Position numbers and translations under genes: made by a program. A stretch of 64,000 nt of DNA from Nageia nagi (taxonomy: Eukaryota; Plantae; Pinophyta): the NCBI GenBank assembly GCA_050084985.1, contig JBITNC010000002.1:18476001-18540000 (forward strand), read 5' to 3'. Below the pieces are notes generated by a model, which ran no database searches, was not told the origin of the DNA, and saw only the letters and a program-made list of their open reading frames with translations. Shown here piece after piece: positions 12,897 to 25,599 of this stretch (within the stretch, counting starts at the first letter, position 1; the number at the start of each line of letters is the position of its first letter).

Positions 12897-14009
12897 CACT
12901 AGTGTAAGAAGTTGAGTCCCAATTTGGGAGAACTCTAGGTACTTAGTTTTTTTAACATAGGGTTGGGATCCTGAGGGGTAGGATCTCGGTTTGGTTCGAG
13001 ATCCTTGAGTCAGATCGAGATCCTGGGGGATCAGGATCTCACCCCCCAGGATCCTAATCTTGAAAGTATAAATACATGAAATAACCCCAAGATCTTGGGG
13101 GGAATAAGATCCCACCCCCCAAGATCTTGGTACTAGCTAGGATCCCAATCCTTAAATTTAAAATTTCTACCTACCCCTTTTGGCTCAAAATTAGGTTTGG
13201 TGACTTGACCCTTGGATTTGGACCTGCAACTTCAAGGTCATAACAATGGAAATGGAATTTGCCAACTTTGGGCATGCATTTGATGATGTTTTTCAAAGAA
13301 TATTTTCATAAAATTTTATAAAATTGCAGATGAGAGAGTGCAAATTTCAAATATGCTAGTTTTTTTTTTTACAATTGGATAGATTTAGAATTTTTAATAT
13401 AATTTTTAATGAAAGGGTCCATAAAATTTGAAAACTTGGGTTTTATATTTGTTTAATAAGTTTTTATTTTTTTAGAAGTCTAAAAAAACATATGTTCACA
13501 ATCTACATACAATTCTCCACAAGTTAAAAAAAATAAAATAAAAATTGTAAGTGTAGGTCAAATTATGCTTAAGCGATGAGCACTTTTCGAAATGATAATT
13601 AGGGCCAATAAAAAATTAATTAAAAAAATATTAATGAAAAAATTACAAAAAGTATCCTGCATAATCTTTAGTGTCTTAAGTATCCTTTCCAAAAGGATTT
13701 AACAAAATTTTGTAATTTATGTCCAATTATGATTGAGGGACACGATGGGGTGTGATCCTCAAATTGTAATTTTTAAATAATAAGTTTTAAACACACCTAT
13801 CAAAAAATTATTTCTATGATATGAGTATTATAATAAATTACATATTTGAAAAGTAGGCTTTGAGTACTACATTTTTACCCAAGTGACCTTTTTCAAGATT
13901 TAGACTCTAAGTGCTTAAAATTTTTAGATCAATTATGGCCAAAATTGAAAATCAAGGAAAATACTTCTACTTTCTAACCAAAAGTGGGACTTATCTTCTT
14001 GCACTTCCT
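12897..14009. mobile_element. Non-autonomous TIR DNA transposon (~1.1 kb), same family as 54214-55389
   Basis: The left end agtgtaagaagttgagtcccaattt (12901) and the right end aaagtgggacttatcttcttgcact (13981-14005) form an inverted match of 21/25. 13430-14009 aligns with 54810-55389. The element is non-coding. Confidence 0.75.
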
Positions 14010-14202
14010 AACTTTCAAAACTTAAAGATCAAAGACACCATCTATGGTGAAATAAAGATATAATTTATAGATGAGTTTCATAAAACCTATATGTATGTGT
14101 GTGTACACAAACTTCAAAAACTAGGGTTTCATTTTTGTTTAATAACTTTTAAATTTTTTTGAATTATGAAAAAAATATATGTTCACAATCCACATATAAT
14201 TT

Positions 14203-14527
14203 TGTTAGGATTCCACATCCTAACATTTACTTAGACTATAGTAGCTTATTAATTAGACTATAGGCTTTTATTAAATGTAAGGGACCAACATATTTGTAAG
14301 GCGAATCACCATTTTGTATTAAATGATTGATTAGCATTAGGGTAGGCAGACTATAAATACTATTGGAGAAGATAATAATGATCATCTTGTAAAATATATT
14401 GTTTGAGTTGTGAAGGAGGTAGCCCCTTCAAAGTGTCCTGTGATTCATTTTGGCCTTCAATAATACCAATCTATTAATATCTTGTTGCATTTGAGTTTGC
14501 ATTGCTTATGAGTTTGTGATTGAGTTA
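14203..14527 (+). repeat. 5' LTR of the gypsy element (3'-truncated)
   Basis: Matches 19345-19668 at roughly 88% by hand count. Similarity stops after gattgagtta. Confidence 0.92.
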
Positions 14528-15239
14528 GAACCATACATTTTGTCCATCTTACATTCAAAACTTTGCCAAATGTTTTTTCATACCCTATTCCAGTTCACAT
14601 CTTATCTATTGCACCTTCTACTTTCCATACATTCATTGTGCATCGATCTTCATACTATAAATCATCACCATTTCTAAAAAACATAAATTTTCCCTTACAA
14701 ACCCTACTTTTCCTTACCTAAAATAGTAACTTCTAAAATGGGTAAAAAATTTGAAGGCCATTATCTCTCAAATGGTGAGGAATTAGATGTTTTTGACAAG
14801 GTCGATATGTAACCTTTGGTAATGATTTAAAAAAAAAGAATTTTTTTTTGAAAATCATCATTTTGGGACCTATCCCATTGTGATTATTTTTTCATGTTGA
14901 TCATTTCGATATATAGCACCCATACACTTTTTCAATTTCTAAAAATAACAATTTCTAAAAATAGTAATTCTTGAAATAGCAAGATAGCAGACGATCGAAG
15001 ATCATAGGACATGGACAAATTATTACAGTGAGTGGACTCTCTCATAGTACTAATAGGAGGTAAATCCATTCTCAAGGCTCTTGAGAAGATGAACCAAGCA
15101 ATATAAGTAATCTCTACTACTTTTGTTAATACGTACTAAAGGGTTCAAACTCTTGAACAAGCATCGGTAGGTGGATCGAATCAATCTAAACCATACACTA
15201 GGTAAGGTTTCAATAATTTCCATGGATTGAACTAAGCTT

Positions 15240-18200
15240 TTATCCTTCCAAGGATAACTAAATTAGACTTTCCAAGATTCAACATTGATGATCCCACTAG
15301 TTGGGTGTATGAGGTTGAGCAATAATTTTCTCTACATCAAATTCTAGAGGATCAAAAAGTCAATCTCACCTCATTTCAGCTTGAGCATGAAGTTATCCAA
15401 TGGTACCAATGGTTTGAAAAGGAAAATGAAACCCTATATTAGGGGAAATTTACCCAAAACCTCCTTATTATATTTGGCCCTAGTTCTTTTGAAGATTTCA
15501 TTGGTTCACTCACCAAATTATGCCAAACAACCACAGTCAAAGAATATCCAACATAATTTGAGAAACTAGATAATTATACTAAAGGACTAGATTATGCATT
15601 CTATTGAAGTTGTTTCATTAGTGGGTTGAAGGAGGAGATTCAAGAAGAAGTCAAAATGTTCAACCCAAACAACATGATAGTGATAATGGGGCTCATCAAG
15701 TTGGTAGAAGATAAATTCAATGCACAACATAAACACACCAAGCCCCTTGCTTGGAAATCACAACCTTCTCAAGGTGGTTCAAAGTTGGTACACTCCCTAT
15801 CAATTAAGAGATTATCCCTTGCTAAGATGGAGGAATGAAAGTAGAAAGGGCTTTGTTATAATTATGATGAAAAATTTGCATTGTGTCATTGTTGTGCTAT
15901 TGAAAAACTATATGTTGGATCCTAAAGATCCTAAGGATCCATACAACAAGGTTTTTGAGGATGCCATGACAAATATTGAAGAAGAGAGAAACCAACCCAA
16001 TGAAGTTTTTTCTAAAATTTCTTGTAATGCACTTTATGGGTTTAACTCTCCATAGATGATTAAAGTTAAGGGATATTTTAAATTCCAAATGTTGATAATA
16101 TTGCTAGACTAGGGGAGCACTCATAATTTTGAAGATCTGAATGTGGTCAAAAAGACCCACTCTTACAGCTACCCATAAAATAATTTTTAGGTAATGATTG
16201 AGAATGAAGGCAAAATTGCTTGCAAAGGTTGGTGTCATAATATCAATTTCAGTATGGGTGACTACAAGATACAAGGCAATATGTATGTTCTCCCATTAGG
16301 TGGGTATAATATGGTGCTTGGTATACAATGGTTAATGACACTAGGCCTCATTCTTTGGGATTTTTGTGAGCTATGGATGCAATTCAACATTGATGAATAC
16401 AAATACACTCTCAAAGGAATTAAGGTAGGATAGTATGAAATTATTAGTTCTCATCATATGGAGAATTTATTGAAGAAAGATGGTAAAGGAGTGATAGGAT
16501 AACTCTTTTCTATTCAACTAGCCATGAAATACTTACTAGAAGTACAAGAATTACAATAAGTGCTCACTCATCATGCAAGCATCTTTGAGGGGATTGCCTC
16601 CCCATCATCCTCATGACCATGCAATTTAATTAATTCTAGGAAGTCATTACCCAACATTTGACCTTATCGTTATCCTTGCTTGTAGAAGGATGACATAGAA
16701 AAGCTGATCAATGACATGTTACAAATTGACATCATTCATCCCAGCATAAGCCCTTACTCATCTCCAGTTCTATTAGTTCATAAGAAAGATGGATCATGGC
16801 AAATGTGCATTAACTTTTAGGCTCTAAATAAAATCACCATCAAAGACAAGTTTCCCATCCTTGTCATTAATGAATTGCTAGATGAATTACCTAGTGCAAA
16901 ATATTTCTCCAAGCTAGACATTCGATTTGGGTTCTATCAAATTTAGTTTCCTAAAGAAGACATCCCCAAAAATGCTTTCCACACTTATGAAGGCCATTAT
17001 GAGTTCTTAGTGATGCCATTCGATCTTACCAATGCATCATATACATTTCATGTATTTTGCCCTTTTCTTCAAAAATTCATTTTAGTTTTCTTTGATGATA
17101 TTTTGATCTACATCAAAACTTGGAAGGACCACTTGGCCCACCTAGATCAGATATTGAAACTTCTTCAAGAGAACCAGTTGTACGCTAATCACTCCAAATA
17201 TCCTTTTGGGCATCAGAAGCTCAAGTACCTTGGACACATTATTTTATAGGAAGGTGTTAAGGTGGACCCACTAAAGATTTAGGATATGCAAACATGGCCC
17301 CTACCCAAATCCTTGAAAGGCCTACGAGATTTCCTAGGATTAACAAGATACTACTGTAAATTTGTGAAAGATTATGGAAAGATTGAAACTCCCCTCATAA
17401 CCCTATTGAAAAATAATGCTTCCAATTAGTCAATAGCTACTAGAAGCCTTTCATCAATTAAATGCCACCATGTGCTTGAACCCAATATTGGCTATGCTAG
17501 ATTTTTCTATATTTTTCATCATTGAAAGTGATGCCTCAAAAGTAGGACTTGGAGCCATATTGATGTAGGAAGGATGACCCTTCACTTTCACAAGTAAGGC
17601 TCTCCCAGGTCAAAATTTGGCCAAATCCACCTATGAAAAAGAAATGTTTACAATCATCCATGTAGTTCAATGTTGGACCTACCTCATCAATCATCATTTT
17701 ATTACTAGAACATACCATCATAGTTTAAAATACTTCTTGAAACAAACATCTCCACTCCCGAACAACAAAAGTGGATTCCTAAACTCTTGGGGTATGACTA
17801 AGAGATTGTATATAAAAAAGGCACTAATGCTCTTTCTCGAAAATTCAAAGAACTCATGGTGCTTTAGGCTCTTTCCTCCCTAGTTCCTCAATGCCTCGAC
17901 TAGGTTAAATATGAATGGCTTTAGGACAACATCACATAAATAGTAATTCAATAGTTGCAAACCGATCCAACAAGTAAACCCCCCTTCTCCTAGCATGATG
18001 AATTTTATAATTCAAAGGTAGTATTGGTTTTCTAATAAACTCTTCATGTCAAGCACAGATACTTCAAGAGTTGCATTTGACAACAAAAATTAGGCATTTT
18101 GGGTTACTACAAACCTATCGATGAGTGCTTCGCTCCTTCTATTAGCTAGGTATAAAATAAGATATCAAGAAATTTGTATCAGAATATGATTTTTATCAAT

Positions 18201-19320
18201 GTTAAAAAGGTGAAATAGTGGGCACCCTAGGATTGCTTCAACCTCTACCCATACTTGAGCGCACCTTAATAAATATCTTAATGGATTTTATTGAAAGTCT
18301 TCCAAAATCCTATGATAAAGCTATTATCATGGTAGTGGTGGATCAATTCTCTAAATATGCATATTTACGTGCTTTGGCACACCCTTATAATGCTATGAAT
18401 ATGATGCAACTTTTTCTTGATAATATTTTTAAACTCCATGGTATACCATCCACCATTGTTAGTGATCGTGACACAACATTCACTAGTAAGTTTTGGTATG
18501 AGTTCTTCAAACTTCAGGGCACTAAACTCAATATGAGCTCAACATATCACCCTAAAAAATATGGTTAGATAGAGATTGTTAATAAATGCTTGGAAACATA
18601 TCTCCATTGCTTTGTATCAACCCAACCAGTCTATTGGATAAAATGGTTTCCCTTATTAGAATGGTGGTATAAAACTTTATATCATACATCCATCAAGATG
18701 ACTCCATATGAAGCCTTGTATGGTCAACCTCCACCCATAATCACCTCTTATATCTTGGGAAGCACCAATGTCCAAGTAGTAGATAACATCTTGTCAGATT
18801 GAGGAGAGATATTTCACATCCTTTAGGAAAATCTTCAAATGGCTCAATACCAAATGAAATAAAAAGCTAATCAATAATGGGTCAAGTGATAGTTCTAGGA
18901 AGGTGATATGATTTTCTTGAGACTTCAACCATACCGATAAACATATCTCAAACTGAAAGGTCCCCAAAAATTAGACCATAATTTTATGGACCTTATAAGA
19001 TACTCCATTGTATTAGCCCTACAACATACAAGTTGGCACTTCCAGCATCATCCAAAATTCACCCTATTTTTCATGTCTCATGCCTTAAGTAACTACTTGG
19101 TTCCCAAACCATATTCTAGATTGAATTATTAGAATTCACTAAGGAAGGATCCATCATGGTTGAACCTGAGGCCATTTTAGACTAAAGTATGTGCCAAGTC
19201 TACAACTACACTATTATTGAAGTCCTTATCTAGTGGCATGGATTAGGTCCTGAAGATGCAACATGGGAGACTCTCCACTAGTTGTATTAATAATTTCCTA
19301 ATTTTTAGCTTTGAAGATAA
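15240..19320 (+). pseudogene. Gypsy gag-pol polyprotein relic
   Basis: gag KLDFPRFNIDDPTSWVY (~15260); protease LLD*GSTHNF (~16101); RT MPFDLTNA and VFFDDILIY (17010-17110); RNase H IESDAS and KSTYEKEM; integrase MDFIESLPKS and IVSDRD (18218-18568); chromodomain EPEAILD...EVLI*WHGLGPEDATWE (19160-19270). Many stops and frameshifts. Confidence 0.95.
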
Positions 19321-19344
19321 AGTTGTCTCTATAGAAGGTTGGCA

Positions 19345-19734
19345 TGTTAGGATCCCACATCCTAACATTTACTTAGACTATAGTAGTTTATTAATTAGAC
19401 TATAGGCTTTTATTAAATGTAAGGGATCGACATATTTATAAAGCAAATCATCATTTTGTATTGAGCGATTAGTTAGGGTTAGGGTAGGTAGACTATAAAT
19501 ACTTTTGGAGAAGATAATAGTGAGCATCTTGGAAAATATATTGTTTGAGTTGTAAAGTAGGTAGCCTCTTGAAGTTGCTTGTAATTCATTTTGGCTTTCA
19601 GTAATACCAATTTGTTACTATCTTATTACATTTGAGTTCATATTGCTTATGAGTGTGTGATTGAGTTATTTCTGTAGTTCATATTTACTATTATTCTATT
19701 TTAATCCCACTTAGGAACTTGCAGGTTCCTAACA
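19345..19734 (+). repeat. 3' LTR of the gypsy element (390 bp)
   Basis: TGTTAGGA...TCCTAACA termini with an internal ctataaata TATA box. Confidence 0.95.
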
Positions 19735-20184
19735 AATTCTCCATAATTATATTTTTATTCGATAAATGGTTTATTTGATATCTCATCCCACATATATTCA
19801 AATGAATTTATTTTCTCTATTTTCACTTTTACTAAGCCCTTTAGCCTAAATATGATATATGTTACATCTTTCATAGTCAAAGGTCTTACATTTTGATATA
19901 GAACTCTATCCTAATCAAAATGACCATCTACAAAGGTTTGAAGGCAAGGAATTTCCATCAACTTTTTCCATAGTACACATGATTCTACTATTAAATCATC
20001 AAATTTCTTTTGGTGAACATCCTACTAAGGTTTTTTTTGTAACCAATCAACAATGATTACACAACAAACTAAACAAGCACAATTCCATTCAACATGAATA
20101 CTTTGTTGGTGTATTAATGCAAAATAGATCTTCATAGATAAAGACAATGAATCATCTCTACTTTTTAAGTCCTTTTATTCCCAA

Positions 20185-23100
20185 TTTTTTTTTGATTGAT
20201 GGGTTAATTTTGTATTAATAAAAAAAGAGGAAGTTTATAAGGGTCTTTCTAAACCTTTTACAAAAGAGTCCAACTACATTTGTTGATCAACTATCTTAGA
20301 AAAATCATCTATGACACCAACTAAGTATAAAGGATCCCTTAAAAATACTCCAAAAAAAATAAAAAGACTCTATTCAACGTACAGAGTAACAAAACAAGAA
20401 GCCTCTAAAGAGGTTTGAGAGAATAGAAGGATTACAAAAAGGATCATCTACAATTTGCTTCTATAGATTACTATTGCTTAGTGACTAGGAGGCAAAATCC
20501 CAAAACCACTTGTAACACCATTCTATGAGACAACACAAACTATCATAAAACTCATTGGTGATACCTAAAAGTGGTCCCCTTAACATGGTCCCACTTAGGT
20601 GCAACTTACATACATGTTTTAATCATATTTAGTCATATTTAATCATATTTTACCTTATTATCACATATTTCTTAGGTTGTGCTCTTATGTTTTATGTTAG
20701 GTACACTGAGATGACTACTACCTTCATAAAAAAGGTTAAATGGTGAATCATGCTTGATATAAATGTAAGTATCTCTAACATGGGGAAAGCATATCAATAT
20801 TACATCTTGAAAGTCAGTACCCTACACTTGGGTGTTTCTAAATGCCACCTATTGATATTGGAATCTTATTACCACTTGAGTGAATATTTGTTATCCACTT
20901 CCATGATCATATGCTTGATTTGACTTATCATCATGTTTGCTATTATCGATCCTTATTAGTGAAACTCATTCTTCAAGATCATTAGCACCTATGGTGAGCT
21001 CTCTGAGTCTAGCACTTGTACTAGTGTTTCTTATATAGTTGGCCTTAGGGTTTGCACAACAAGGTCACCACTCTTTGATAAGTTCATCCATCATATTCCC
21101 AACCTTGACATAGGTAAGTATGCATAAGTATTTCTCTTTCACTTAATTCCTTTCTCTTTAATGCGTGTAGTTGCGTTTTACATCTTGACATCACTCTTGT
21201 TCTATTACTGCATTGTTGAATTCCCTTATTCATGTATATTTATTTGAGTTAATTAGCTTAGTTTTATCATACAAATAAATATATATATAATTCTAGGTCA
21301 TTTAAAGGTAAACCTAGGTGTACCAAAACACATATCAACATTCATCTTCCTCAAAATATTGGTCCATGAGATCTACTGGATTTTTCCCTACCTCATTGTT
21401 GCTCTAATTTTCAAATAAGAAACTTTACTTAACAACTTATTTTTGTAGAAACTAACATAGGCTTTCTTAAGCAATACTTGTTTAAAGCTTGGGTTTGGGC
21501 CAAGAACCTCAAATTTAACATTGCGTTTCCCTTTCCTACTAATTTCTTCCACCAATATTTCATTATGGATTCTAATGCTTAAAATTTTTCTTGGTTGTCT
21601 TCCCATAGCCTTTTCTAGTTTGGGGAAGTTAGTTTCAATCATTTCCTTTACCTCCATAGTTTCCATCCCACTAGTTTCATAATTATCTATAATTGCCTTT
21701 GGTTGATGTTGGTCCTGATCTAGCTCCTTAAAGGGGGTTTTTTTCTCTTAAGGATATTACCAATCTCTCTAATCTTGAATTTTTCTAATGGTGTTTTCTC
21801 TTCCACGTTGATCACTTAGATATCATTTTTTCTACAAGAAAAGTTGGGTTCAATTTCTTCTATTAAATCTCCTTTCCCCTTTGTTAATCTTTGTTTAATC
21901 TCATCTTTAGAGACACTATCTTGCTCCATGATCCCGATTTCCATACAATCCCCTTTTTACTTGAGGTCAAATGTGTCTTTCTTATTTTTAACCAAACTCC
22001 TAGTCACCCTTGAAATCAAGATGCCAAGTGAAGGGTCCACAAGTGGGACATGTTTCTTAAGTCTCTAGCCTAGTTTTACTACATTCTCCTTTCCTATATT
22101 TAGAAGAGAAGTTCCAAATATTTTTATAGAATCACTAAAAATAAATTTCTCCCTCTTCTTATTTTATTTTACCTGATCAAGTTCTATTTGAATCTCCATA
22201 GATGAGTTCATCAATCCCTCTGTTGCTCTTTTTGCAATTATAACTATATCAGAGAGGGAGTCCAAAAAACCTAGATCACCCTATTCTTCTATATCATCTT
22301 GTTGAGAAGATGGTCCTCCAATCCTTCTATGCTTAGGACTACCCTACATTACCTTAGACAAGGAGGAAGGGACAGTTAAATGGGTTCTCGCTTTACTCTT
22401 AGTCCTTCCAACAACCTTAATAATATTATCAGTGATATTAATTTTCTTTACATTTTGGACCCCTGATTGAAGTGTCTCCACTCCTTTTTCCAATTATGGT
22501 TCCCCTTCTTCATTGGAATCTTGATCTTGAAGGATTAATTTTCTACAAGGCCTAGTGAATCTGCTCTTTATTATTACTTCCCTCTACTCTACCTAGGATA
22601 TCTTCACAGTCTCTGTGCTTGATTCTAAATGCTTTACACTCCCAATTGTTCTAACTTTATCTTCTTTAGCTAAAATTTTCTGATTTTCTTTCTTCTTAAA
22701 GAGAGTCTTATTTTTCTAAGGTATGTTGAGGGTTTTTTTTTCTTTTTTTTTTGATACACTTGCTCTTATCACCTTTTAGTCCCCATTTGGTTATAAAACT
22801 TAGAAGGGTGCCTATCACTTCCTCCTCTTCTTCTAACAAATTTTTGATTCCCAACTCCTTAGAATCTCCTTCATTTGTCTACTTTGCTATACTATCATTA
22901 AAAAATTCCACTAAATCTTATGTTGTAATCTCCTTATTCTTACCGCCTTTCAAGATTTTTGCCTCCAATTCCTCTCTTCTTTGCTTCTATCTTATCATAT
23001 ATAATTTTATCTCACCAAATTCATGTAGCTCTTTTCCTTTAGCTTGGGCTTTCACACTTGAGCTCCCCTCTTTTGAAGAGTTTAGAGCTAGACCTCTAGA

Positions 23101-23900
23101 GGATTCTCCCTAAGTGACTTGATCTCCCAAGCTTGGCTCAAAAACTCTACCCCCTACTCTAATTTTAATTCTCGGGTGTTTCTTTGGTTTATTCACCATA
23201 ACCTCCTCATAAATATATTTAATGATTGATTCATGGAGTGGAACTAGTGCCTTATTTTGTTTAACCTTATTCACTGAAATAGCCATGGAATTAAAAAAAA
23301 TAGGAAATTTACTTTATCTGTATTTGAAAATATGAAATGGTTCAATAGAAATAAATGAGAAGTTTGAAGAATTATATATCTACCTTCTAGTGTGATATAT
23401 TTTATCAGTTCCACCAAAAATTTCCTCCATGGTTTAGGGATAGAGGACCTTAACATCCTTGTATGATACTTACTCAACTTCTTTGAATTCATAATCTTCT
23501 AGAATAATTTGTCTTGAGCTTCTAATTTCTTGACTTTCCCCTCCCTTTTAACTTGAATCCTTCATTTGGCATGTTAGTTACTCAAGCAATTTATTAAGGG
23601 TTGATGGTAAACTCTAGGCCATTAACAAAACTCCTCCTCTCATTCCATGAATTGGCAATAGTTGATTAGTATAATGTAACCTTAAGGTTTGGTATAGTCT
23701 AGTTCTCCATTGCCTGCAATAGTAGGGTTCTTGAAAGAGTAGAAGGTGGTGGGACTGTGCACTCATAAGATTTTTCTTCTAATCTCTGGGTTATAGGTTG
23801 ATTCTTATCTATGATAGAGGTTAAAAGTAATTGGAAATAAATAAAAGAGAGCAAGAGTAAGAGGAAAGAGATGAAAATCTAATCTATAGAGTGAGGGAAT
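20185..23900 (-). mobile_element. Poly(A)-tailed element with a degenerate non-RT ORF (transposon-associated protein-like); 5' boundary approximate
   Basis: The minus strand ends ...attaatacaaaattaacccatcaatc-A9 (T9 at 20185-20193). Degenerate ORF pieces are FANSWNERRSFVNGLEFTINP**IA*VTNMPNEG (~23660-23560) and PKPWRKFLVELIKYITLEGRYIILQTSHLFLLNHF (23271-23492), followed by a long charged low-complexity tract to ~21390. Confidence 0.5.
20556..21340 (+). mobile_element. Solo LTR (785 bp) inserted into the poly(A)-tailed element
   Basis: Termini TGGTGATA...TATCAACA (7/8 inverted match), flanking CTCAT/TTCAT 5-bp TSD (4/5), an internal gatataaatg TATA-like site, and no internal domain. Orientation is inferred. 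Confidence 0.75.
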
Positions 23901-25599
23901 TAAATAACAAGCAAACTAAACTACTTATCCTGGGAATCACTACACAAGCAATAATCCATAACCAAGAGTAAGAATGGTACAACTATCTCATTCCTGGGGT
24001 CTCGTAATTGCAATACACAACCATAATTTGGAACTAAACTTCATACACAACAATCACAAAGTGAGATAACAACCACAAAATACAGAGGGAAAAATATCAT
24101 AGCATTGCATTATCATATATGAAAATAGGACTTACACTAGGCAACTTTGCTAAAATGTCTAATCTTTTGGACCTCTAATAGTCCACTATTTATAATGTTC
24201 TATTTACAAAATGGGTGGTTGTTCATCATTAATAATTACAACTAACTATTTGACTAAGAAAAATGAAAACCTAAATATATACAATATGTATAGAATAATT
24301 TACAACTGTAACTAATTATATAGTATGTTCCTAATTTCGCATTGAATCTTACGAATTTGCAGTCCTTAATCTTTGTACCAATGCAATCAAAATCCATCAC
24401 TTTTATGCTTTGACTATAATATCTTGTAGCTATTTCTAAACTTAAAAGGTATGGCTTACCATCTTAATTGGTACGATCATATTCTATCAATAATTGGTAG
24501 CTACCTAACTTTTTGCAACCATTGAAAATTTACACTATAGCTCCAAGTTACGATCACTATAAGGGTGAAGATAGATATATCATTCAATCTTGAAGGTAAA
24601 CTACTATTACCACATGGAAATGAGTCATGGTTGACACATTGGAAAAGTCCCGAGGGTCACACACTCTTTACTAAGTGGACCCATGTGTTTCCTTCTTCTT
24701 ATAGTATTCATTCATGCTTAGCAGGTCATGTTTTGTCTTAGTGGGTTTTCTTGGATATCTGAGAAGCATTACCACCCATTGATTTTGCTCAAAAGTTGTG
24801 ATGTCATCACCTAAAATCAATGGGATCTACTAAATGTGCTTATTATAATATCTCCTACCATTGAGATCTTCTGGATTACTCGATAATGGAAGGAGTTAAA
24901 GCTCACTGATTTTCATTAAGAAGTATGATATAACAAGACCTAGAAAAGACTTAGTCAATTTTACAATATTAACACTCTTTATCTTAAGATTTATACTCAT
25001 TTCTAGAACATGACTCGATGGACTATGTACAAACAACACATGCCTTGGAATAAAATGACGGTTCTAAGTGACACTTATTTGACTAAGACTTGGTGATACA
25101 AATATGACCCAATAATATAGAAGACTCTTAAGTAGAGATTGAATATTTAAAATGAAAGAATAAGGGAGTAAGGAAAGGGAAATAAATAAGGAACTTTATT
25201 GTGAAATGAATAAATGAAAGATATAAAAGAATTTTACCCCTTCAGGGTGTGATTTTGCAAAATAACAACAACCTCCATAAAGATTTGCACATCATGTCTT
25301 TTATATGCATAAATTAAATTATCCATACTAACTCGATAGAGAATCTTCCAGAATTATGCATTTTTCATGGTTTCTTTAGGTGATTTTGACTCAAATCTCA
25401 CAAGCTTCCCTCCCATAGCTCCCATAGTCATGTACTCCAACAAATAACTAGAATTGCAAAAAATCACTCGGGTTGGAAAAACACAAGATGCAAAGATAAT
25501 TTAAAACCACAACACTCTACATGCAATAACATTTTAGGGGAGGGTGAGCAAACCTCCAAACATTTGAAACATCACTATCAACAAGGTGAATGAGCCTTT

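Larger units (their letters stand above)
14203..19734 (+). mobile_element. Degenerate Ty3/gypsy chromovirus LTR retrotransposon (Reina/Tekay-like, ~5.5 kb)
   Basis: LTR pair TGTTAGGA...TCCTAACA, TSD AATTT/AATTC, gag-PR-RT-RH-INT-chromodomain order, and a degenerate PPT agaaggttggca before 19345. Confidence 0.95.

Noticed and set aside
21844-23113. Plus-strand S/F/L-rich ORFs (21844-22068, 22751-23113)
   Set aside because: They are antisense shadows of the purine-rich minus-strand decayed ORF.
23900-25560. Possible LTR or non-coding TE segment between the LINE and the poly(A)-tailed element
   Set aside because: No boundaries or coding motifs could be identified.
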